NCBI RefSeq assembly: GCF_009914755.1
Contig: NC_060934.1
DNA from: the human T2T-CHM13v2.0 reference genome, Homo sapiens
Reading direction: 5' to 3' (one strand)
Length of the DNA: 64,000 nucleotides
The first letter of the stretch is position 1; each line of letters opens with the position of its first letter. Positions 55,831 to 64,000 of this stretch are shown here, piece after piece. The notes under the pieces are model-generated. The model was not told the origin of the DNA. It was given only the letters and a program-made list of their open reading frames with translations, and did no database searches. Both the position numbers and the translations under genes were made by a program.

Positions 55831-56497
55831 AATAGCTGTATTTTCCATTCATTCATTCATTCAGCCCTTACCTATCCACCCAACCATCCAAGATTATTTT
55901 GATTATCTACTATCTTTCAGTTACAATAGGAGGAGCTGGGTACAAAGGGAAACCCAGAAGACGTGGGGAAAATGCTGGCCACCAGGATTCCATAGCAGAG
56001 ACAGTCCATCTTCCAGCCCTCCAGATGTCAATGTTGGGGCCAGCAGACAGGAGTCATCGAATAAGTTCTTGGGAGGGGACAACCCTTCTTCAATCCACTC
56101 CAGGTGACAAGTGGTTCCTTTGGTCTAGGTGAGAAGCAGCCCATCCTCTGGACAGGTGCCCAGGGTGGACCGTTCCCCTCTCTTGGACCCCAGCCAGCCT
56201 GCCCAGCCCTCCAGACTGAACTCTTGACCCTCTGTTTTTCCATATTTTGGCAGGAGATGGGCTCTGAAAGAAGATACCTGGCTGGGCTCCAGAGAGTATA
56301 CCCACACTTCAGGCAGGAGGTAGGGAGGATGGGGCCCAGCCATGCTGTCTCCTTCTTTCAGAAAAATAATGCTTTTATGCAGGTCTCCCCCAGAAACCTC
56401 TGCTTAGTTTTCTTTGGACAGAACTGGACCATGTGCCTACTCCTCATTGCAAGGAAGCCTGGGAAAAAAGGAGCAGGATTATCATGATTGCTTAGAC

Positions 56498-56993
56498 CAA
56501 AGGTTGCAAACTTTTTCTGGAAAGTTGTAGACAGGAAACATTTTAGGTTTTGTGGGTCATACAGTCTCTGTTGCAACTACTCAACTCTGCCTTTGTCACG
56601 CAAAAACAGTCATAGATAATATATAAACAAACGTATGTGGTTGTATTTAAATAAAACTTTATTTATGAACACTTAAACTTGAATTTCAGCTGGGTGCAGT
56701 GGCTCGCACCTGTAATCCCAGCAGTTTGGGAGGCCGAGGCAGGAGGATCACTTGAGGCCAGGAGTTTGAGACTAACCTAGGCAACATAGCAATACCCTGT
56801 CTCTATAAAAAAATAAAAATTATACATTGAAATTTTAAAAATCTTCAATATCATATAATTTTCATGTGTCACAAAATATTATTTTTATGTTTTCAACCAT
56901 TTGAAACGTGTTAAAAACCATTTTAGCTCATGTACCATGTAAGAACAGGGGGCATTCAGATTTGGCACTCAGGCCGTAGTTTGCTGACCCTTG
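56498..56993 (+). mobile_element. MER58B hAT MITE hosting a FLAM
   Basis: CAAAGGTTGCAAACTTTTTCTG..TCTCTGTTGCAACTACTCAACTCTGCC..GGCCGTAGTTTGCTGACCCTTG; 8-bp TSD GCTTAGAC (56490-56497, 56994-57001). Confidence 0.9.
56688..56818 (+). mobile_element. FLAM_C-like Alu monomer
   Basis: Single left arm GAGGATCACTTGAGGCCAGGAGTTTGAGAC. Confidence 0.88.
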
Positions 56994-57159
56994 GCTTAGA
57001 CCAGTCATAGTCCATTGCCTGGAGCTGGGTTCGCTGTCACTGTAAGGAAGGGTGTGTATGTGGCAGAAGGTGTAGCATAAGGGGGGCTGTGGGAGATGTA
57101 TGACACAGGCAACTAACAGTATTCGTCAACAGCAGAGTTTGAATCCAAAGCATCCACTC

Positions 57160-57319
57160 AGCCTGTCATGGGGGTGCACGCTTGTATCCCAGCTACTCAG
57201 GCGTCTGAGGCAGGAGGATCGCTCGAGACCAGGAGTTCAACACCAGCCTGGGCAACAAAGCAAGACCCCCATCTCAAAACAAAACTGAAACCAAAAAAAG
57301 AAAAAGAAAAAAAGAAAAG
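57160..57319 (+). mobile_element. FLAM-like Alu monomer
   Basis: CCCAGCTACTCAGG..GAGGATCGCTCGAGACCAGGAGTTCAACACCAGCCTGGGCAAC plus A tail. Confidence 0.85.
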
Positions 57320-57959
57320 ACCCATTCACTCTTAGCCTCTGTGTTCATGTTCTCTTCTCAGCAACCTCCCTGTGCTGGGAAGGTGAGAGGGAGAAGGCAT
57401 GCAATTAGGCATCGGGATTGTGGTGTCAGCTTTGCTATCAAGATGGCTCTGGCTGGGACACATGCCATGTCTCCTGAGGCATTCCAACAGCCTCTTCTCA
57501 CCAAGGCCCCAGATGGGAGATCATAGGAGGGGGATGCAGGGAGGGGTCCCCAGGTGGCAAAGACTTCTCAGGAAGCTGAGAGGGGCTGGAGGTCCTGCCT
57601 CCCTCCCTCCCCATGGTGCACACCCCTGAGGTGTGGAGCAAGGGGTGGGGGTTTACCTCTGGCCCTGGATGGAGCAGGATTTACCTTTCCCCTTGACATT
57701 GATAGGCCTGAAACTGGGTCTTGGTCTTAAAACTGGAGAAGCAGGAACTGCCATCAGCCTCTGACTCCCTCCTTCCTGTGTTCTTCGCTTCCTGCCCACC
57801 CCAGCATGAGGGAGATCTGGGAAAGAATCAAATAGTGAGGGAGCACGCCAGCATGAGGCATAGGAAAACTCAGAGATGTCATTCTTTTAGCCATTTAAAA
57901 AAATCTTGGTTTTAAGCTCTTACCATAGGATTTATTTTTAAAAAATTAATTCAGTTTCC

Positions 57960-58140
57960 ACCAAGCACGAGCCGGGTACTCCTCTAGGAATTTTACATTC
58001 TCTGACTCATGTGATCCTCCAATAATCCTGTGAGGTAGGGGTCTTAGACCCATTTCTCAAGGGTGGAAACTGAGGCCAAGAGTTTACACCATCAATGAGA
58101 GATCCAGGATTTCATCCAAGGCCGACTGACTCTAGATAGA
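57960..58140 (-). mobile_element. MIR SINE
   Basis: CTCATGTGATCCTCCAATAATCCTGTGAGGTAGG..CCCATTT..GGAAACTGAGGC. Confidence 0.75.
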
Positions 58141-58150
58141 GTCCCTTCTC

Positions 58151-58255
58151 CAGGACCAGTTGAAATGCTTAGGCACAAAACGTAAGGAGGTACTGATTCT
58201 CAGGCCGGCGCAAGTGCCCTAGGTACCTCGCCTGCCTCACCCTGCCTGGCCCAGG
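58151..58255. mobile_element. MER96-like hAT MITE
   Basis: GCACAAAACGTAAGGAGGTACTGATTCTCAGG..CCCTAGGTACCTCGCCTGCCTCACCCT. Confidence 0.6.
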
Positions 58256-58299
58256 CACACCCCGGTGTCACTCCCTCCCGTTAAGATTCTCAAGGCCCC

Positions 58300-58560
58300 A
58301 AGCTACCATGAGCTGCTGTGCATTTGTTCACGTGGGTCCCATGCCTGAAGTATCCTCTCCACCACCTTCGCTGTGCACCCAACTTTTCCTTTTCCTTTAA
58401 GATTCAGTTCAAACACCACCTCCTCTAACAAGCCTTCCCTGAACCCTCCTGGTCAGGATTGTTCCTCAGCTCACCACACCTGCTATCTCATATTCTGTAC
58501 CTCAGGACTCCATCTTGTGAGAGCAGGAACCAAGGCTGAATTTGTCTTTGTTGCTGTAGC
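58300..58560 (+). mobile_element. L2 fragment
   Basis: CCTTTAAGATTCAGTTCAAACACCACCTCCTCTAACAAGCCTTCCCTGA. Confidence 0.7.
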
Positions 58561-58688
58561 ACAGAAATAAGATAATCGACGTGAAGTACTTAGCACAGTG
58601 TCTGGCTCCCAGTGAAGATGCCCTTGGTTGCTACAGCTTCATGGAAACTTTACCCTAAATAGCTGCAAACACACAGAATGTGTTGTGC

Positions 58689-59005
58689 TTTTTTGTTTTG
58701 TGTTTTTTGATACAGAGCCTTGCTCTGTTGCCCAGGCTGGAGTGCAGTGGCACGATCTCAGCTCACTGCAGCCTCTACCTCCCAGGCTCAAGTGATACTT
58801 TCCACCTCAACCTCCCAAGTAGCTAGGACCACAGGTATGTGCCACCACGCCTGGCTAATTTTTAAGATTAAAAAAAAACAACAACTGTATAGATGGGTCT
58901 CACTATGTTTCCCAGGCTGGTCTCAAACTCCTGAGGCTCAAACAATTCTCCCACCTTGGCCTCTCAAAGTGCTGGGATTACAGGCATGAGCCACCGCACC
59001 CAGCC
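58689..59005 (-). mobile_element. AluJ
   Basis: CACTGCAGCCTCTACCTCCCAGGCTCAAGTGAT; TCTCACTATGTT. Confidence 0.92.
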
Positions 59006-59283
59006 AGAATGTATTATCTCACCTAAGAAAAGGGCTTCAGGCAGGGTGCTCCAGGGTTGGATAATTCACAGCTCAACAGCTTCCAGGTTCTTCCTACTCT
59101 GCCATCTTCAGAATGTAAGCTGCATTCTCAGGTGGATCCCCTCATGGTGAAAGAATGGCTGCCACAGTCCCAGGCCACAAGCCCTCACACCAAGACACGA
59201 CAACTTCTGGTAGAAAAAGGGGATATCTCTTGTGTGCCTCATTTTGAGAACCTTTCCCAGAACGCTACCCCCAACTCAGCTGA

Positions 59284-59586
<303 letters not shown>

Positions 59587-61172
59587 TCTCAGCTGACTAT
59601 TTCTAAGAACACTTTGGCCAGGATGGCATCCCATGCCCACACCTACGCCAGTCTCTGGCAAAGGAAATGGGATGTGCCAAATTGACCAGGTAGTCAGGCT
59701 CCTGGCCCTATGGCAGAGGGAAGATTACCCAAGCCCAGTCAGGAAGGCGGAAAGGCTGTGAGGGTGACTGTATCTACACCTGGCTATCACATAAAAAAAC
59801 GTGCAATAAAGAGTAGCTATTAGCTTTAAATGTAGACAGACGTGGTGGTGTAGTGAAACAAACAAAAAAAAAAGCACTGGTTTAAGTGAATTGCTGACCA
59901 GGCTTCATGGCACCACTTAGGACTTGAAGACAGAGGGTCTTGTATTATTCCCTACTCCTGTTTTTCGTGCCTGGTGAGGTTCTCTCCATCTCAAGCTTGG
60001 GCTTCTCCAGAGGCCACATTTTCTACCCTTCTGCCCTGACCCTGTCTACTGCAGAGCTAGGCACATAGTGGGCTCTCAAATATGCAGACACTGTGGCTGG
60101 AGAGCACAGACATGCCCCTCAACCGCCCAACTTCCTGGAAATAAATTGTTCTGCATTCCCAAGAAGCACCCCAAAAAGTTACCTTCTAAATCCTGTTCTG
60201 CTTGTCACTTTCAATCTGGTTAATTAAACTCAATACCTCCAGGATGATTAAAAGTTAATTTGGCATTCAACAGGCCCGGAAATGAAATTCCATGGGAAAC
60301 ACTCTTGGTGAGCCTGGCTAGATATAATTAGAACATAGTCCTGCTGGGGGAAGAAGAGTAAGTATGGCACTGGCGCAGCCACAGAGGTGACAGTAGGGAG
60401 GCGGGTGCCGAGGTTATATGGCAGCAAGCCTCTTCCCAGGCCTCTAATTACTTACTCAGCTGTTGCTGACAATTGCATCACAAGAGCAGTTGGTTTACAC
60501 TAAGAGTTTTTACTTCTAAATTGGTAAGGATCCATAGGCACTGCTTCTGCCCAAACCTGCTTGAGTCTCCACTCTGCTGTTTGTACAGTTCCTGCTTTCC
60601 CCTCACCCTGCTGCTGAGAGCCAAGGCCTTCTCTTCCCTCCCCCTCTGTCTTCCCATCTGCACCAGGCCCCATCCTGGCCCCTTCCACCCCCAGTACCTC
60701 CGGGTCTTCTGCCCCTGATGCCCCATTCCACTCCTCCCTTTGCTTCTGCTGCTGTCCTCCAAGAGTGGTCCCTGCTGCAGGCTGGCCACCCGCTGGGAGG
60801 TCTTTAGTGCTCCTCGTCTCCCAGGCAACAGTGCCATTGCTTTAGATGCCAGGCTGGAGCCTGGTATTCCAGGATGCCGCAGAAGGGCATTTCCTTTTTC
60901 CATCTCGGAAGCCACCAGGAGGCCTTCACACCTCCCAACCCATCCAACTTCCCCATCTGGTACCTTCGAACACTGTGGGAAGCAGGAAATATCTAGTTAA
61001 CCCTCAAGGGCTAGAACGTCTCTTAGTGAGGAGCTCAGGAGCCTGTGGGGAGACCGTGTTTCACTCAAGATGAGCCCTAGCCCTTACTGTGAACTGTTTC
61101 AAATGAGAAGATACTGCAACAAGGTCGGAGGGCAAGTTTTGGGTTTTTCTTTGGCCTTCCGGAAGGACTAGG

Positions 61173-61345
61173 TCAATGCTATTCAATATGGTTGCCACTA
61201 GCTATATGTGGCTATTAAATTTAAATTAATTAAAGTTGAAGAAAATTTCAAATTCCATTCCTTAGTTCACTTGTGTCTGGTGGTGGCCACACTGAACAGT
61301 GCAGATAGAACGTTTCTGTTATCACTGAAAGTTCTGCGCTACAAC
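61173..61345. mobile_element. MER3 hAT MITE
   Basis: CAATATGGTTGCCACTAGCTATATGTGGCTATTAAATTTAAATTAATTAAA..ACAGTGCAGATAGAACGTTTC..ATCACTGAAAGTTCT. Confidence 0.8.
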
Positions 61346-61349
61346 ATGA

Positions 61350-61545
61350 GCTGTAAGCACGGGCTTGGAGGTCAGAGCTGCTCTCTGCTGTTGACTCTGT
61401 GGCCCTGGGCAACTTGCTCAACTTCCTGATGCTTCCCTCATTTCTCCTCATTTCTGTAATAGTAGCTGTCTTAGAGTGTCCTGGGGGCCAAAGGAGATAA
61501 TCCAGGTACATGCTCAGCACGGCATCTGATAACCGAAAGGGCTGA
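61350..61545 (+). mobile_element. MIR SINE
   Basis: CTGTGGCCCTGGGCAACTTGCTCAAC..CCTCATTTCTCCTCATTTCTGTAA. Confidence 0.65.
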
Positions 61546-61909
61546 TAAGTAGAAGCTCCTGGCTCCTGGAGAGAGGCTGCCACTTGGTAAAGTAGAAATA
61601 CTTAGGATGAAGGGGACTGAACGCTAGCCTCCCTGTAAGTCCCATGTGAAGGCTGTGAGCTACATCACCCAAATTAAAAAGAGTAAATCAGAATTAATCA
61701 CAATAAAATGGAAAACTCCAGCACAGATTTTTCTCTGGAGCCTGGGACCTAACATTCAATAGTCTGCTGAGCCGCCCAGTTAGATTCCTTCCAGGATCCA
61801 TTAAGTCAAGAAACCCAAATGGAATGGACCCTCTTCCACACAAACCCCACCCATTCCTCCTGCATTTCCTAGCCCAGGAGTAGCATCTGGTCTCCAGAAA
61901 GCTAGAAAC

Positions 61910-62045
61910 ATAATTTATAACCCTATGATGTAATTGGAGTTATTATCACCATTTTACAGACAAGGAAATTGAATCCCAGAGATATTACCCACCTTGCAAG
62001 TTAGTGGTAGAGTCAGGCTCTTAACCCACAGACTCTGCTGCCTCG
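61910..62045 (-). mobile_element. MIR SINE
   Basis: TTATTATCACCATTTTACAGACAAGGAAATTGAA. Confidence 0.7.
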
Positions 62046-62359
62046 ATCCACCCTCAAAGCCACTTGACTTTACCTCCTCAATCTGTGCACTTCTCTCCAA
62101 CCCCATGGCCAACACATGACACTGGCTCCTCACCACAGTCCCCTTACCAGCCCTCTTCGTGGCCCAGTTCTGCAGTGTGCCTAAGGCAGTCACTTCTGAA
62201 AGCTCAACCTCGAGTCTGTTTCTTCAGCTCTCCCAGTGATTCTGCAAGCCATTCAACACCCTGTCACAAGCCCTCTCCTGTTTAGAATAGCAAGAGTGTT
62301 TCTCTTCTCAGTTGAATCTTAACTGATGCCACTAGCTCAGAGCTAGGTGCATTGAGTTC

Positions 62360-63170
62360 TGAATAAATACTTAGGTCCATTGAAAAGCACATGTTTGGTG
62401 CCCATTTTCCAGGTGCTCTATTAAGGGCTCAGGGTCATGTACAGGGTCTTTGCCCTCAAAGAGTTTGCTGCCTAGCAGAGATGCCTACCAGGAATTCAGA
62501 AAAGGGAAAAAATTTCAACAGGGGCTTGTGGACATCTTGCTTTGTGGTCAGCTTCCATTCACCTATGTCTAGTAAGCATACCTCAATTGGTAAAGCCAGC
62601 TCCACCAGGAGCTCCAGAGAGGTGAAGGAGATTTAGGTCTAAGTTAATCCACTAACTCCATCCCCTGGACACATTGATTGGTTTGGGAATGGGAATCTGA
62701 CCCAAGTTAGACCAGAGAATGACAATACATCTCAATTCCAAGACAAAGTTTGAGGAGCTCTGGAGAAATAAGACTCACTCCTTCCGCTATACCAAAAAAT
62801 TGTAAGGACGTGAGTGCCAGAACTGCTGTGCCTTTTGCTACTCTGTAGAGCCTGAAACCTCCGCCTTCATAAAAACGGGTAGACGAAGATTTGGAGAGAA
62901 AGAAAATACTGATGATGTTGTTTGAGCTCTGAATCCAACTGTAACTAAATAAGATCACCTGGGTTTTTGGTTTCCTTGAGCCCCAAATTCCCATTTTTTT
63001 CTTAAGCCTCTTTGGGAGGGAGGTTTCTGTCACTTGCAATCAAAAGTGTCCTCACTGATTTAGAAGGTGTCCTGGAGGAGATGGAAGGAATGAGACTCTG
63101 AATGACTGACGATAATTAGGGGGAGAGATGGGAGGACATTCCAGGCAGAGAAACAGTCCATGGAAACCTG
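62360..63170 (-). mobile_element. L2 fragment interrupted by MLT1K
   Basis: GTCTTTGCCCTCAAAGAGTTT; resumes GAAGGTGTCCTGGAGGAGATGG..CATTCCAGGCAGAGAAACAG. Confidence 0.6.
62527..63060 (+). mobile_element. MLT1K-like MaLR LTR
   Basis: TGTGGACATCTTG..TGATTGGTTTGGGAATGGG..TTTGAGCTCTGAATCCA..TTTCTGTCACTTGCAATCAAAAGTGTCCTCACTGAT. Confidence 0.75.
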
Positions 63171-63489
63171 TGGAGCTGGGCTCCTGCTGGAATTTGAAGC
63201 CCAGGCATCGAATGCTGACTCTACACCCTGGTAGCCTCCTAACTCTTACCCTTCCTCTGAGCCACAGGATACTCTTGAAATGGGCTTTACGCTTTAAGCC
63301 TCACAGGGATGTGGGATGAAGATAATACATGTCAGTGTGTGATGGTGCCTGACTCTCAACACATGACTGCTGAGCAAACAAACCAGTCATTTCATAGGAG
63401 AAGAGAATGGAATAGGAAAATAACATGTGGTAAGGTGTGGAAAGCTGGGGAGGTTCATCTACCAAGCCCTGCCACGAGCTTTGTCCCTC

Positions 63490-63690
63490 TCATCCCTGCC
63501 CTCATAGCAACCTGTAGGGTATTGTCATTGCTGCCTAGCAGAGATGCCTACCAGGAGAGCAGTGATGCAGGAATTCAGAAAAGGGAAAAAATATCCAGAT
63601 AAGAGAATTGAGGCTTAGAGAAGTGAAGTAACTTATCTAAAGTCACATAGCTAAGAAGCACAGAAACTAACGATTCAAACTCATATTTTC
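63490..63690 (-). mobile_element. MIR SINE carrying a 65-bp foreign insert
   Basis: CCTCATAGCAACCTGTAGGGTATTGTCA [insert] CAGATAAGAGAATTGAGGCTTAGAGAAGTGAAGTAACTT..AAAGTCACATAGCTA. Confidence 0.75.
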
Positions 63691-64000
63691 TCCACCGTAA
63701 CGACTGTTCCCTGTGGGCTGGAGCTGAGATCTCTGCTGGCCTCCAGTGCAGGCTGAGCAGAATGGCCCCTCTCCTGTAAGTCCAGGCAAGCTGCCTGGCC
63801 TGGGGCAAATACGGAAAGGAATGTTTCTAGTCACTACCAGATGATGAATAGGTGGACCTGAAAGGCCAAGCATGGTACAGAGAAGACATTTCCACCAGCC
63901 AGCTCTCCAGGACACTGACTCGGGTAGCAGGGGTGAGAGTACAGACACCTCCCTGGGAAGGAAGCAGAGGAAACCCAAATTTGGGGAGTAGAGAGTCTAA

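Larger units (their letters stand above)
55915..57130 (-). mobile_element. Old MLT1 (J/L-like) LTR interrupted by MER58B
   Basis: TTGGACAGAACTGGACCATGTGCCTACTCC..TGCAAGGAAGCCTGGGAAA..GGCAACTAACAGT; left boundary uncertain. Confidence 0.5.

Overview
This is primate (very likely human or great-ape) euchromatic non-coding DNA, not a microbial window. It is dense in interspersed repeats: 16 dimeric Alus (J, S and Y lineages), 7 free Alu monomers (FLAM/FRAM), many MIR and L2 relics, L1MB/L1ME/L1PA pieces, MaLR solo LTRs (THE1, MST, MLT1), ERV LTRs (MER57, LTR33, LTR16-like, a solo HERV-H LTR7) and DNA-transposon relics (MER3, MER5A, MER20, MER33, MER47, MER53, MER58, MER96, MER103, Tigger2). No supplied ORF looks like a real protein; they are Alu-derived, low-complexity or chance GC-rich ORFs. 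I found no tRNA, rRNA or CRISPR array and cannot assign a gene or chromosomal locus. I find no evidence of a new gene system. The most notable signals are structural. (1) A ~1.27 kb AT-rich insertion matching no repeat I recognise, with poly(A) signal, A-tail and target-site duplication, splits an L1MB at 35.2-36.5 kb (candidate unannotated retrocopy or orphan transduction). (2) An L2-derived segment was copied ~1.06 kb away into a MIR, and the donor then lost 16 bp between CAGGA microhomologies (62.5/63.5 kb). (3) There are closely spaced inverted Alus. (4) A solo LTR7 retains KLF/SOX/TEAD motifs. Repeat family names come from my recollection of consensus sequences and should be confirmed with RepeatMasker/Dfam. 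Boundaries without a TSD are approximate.
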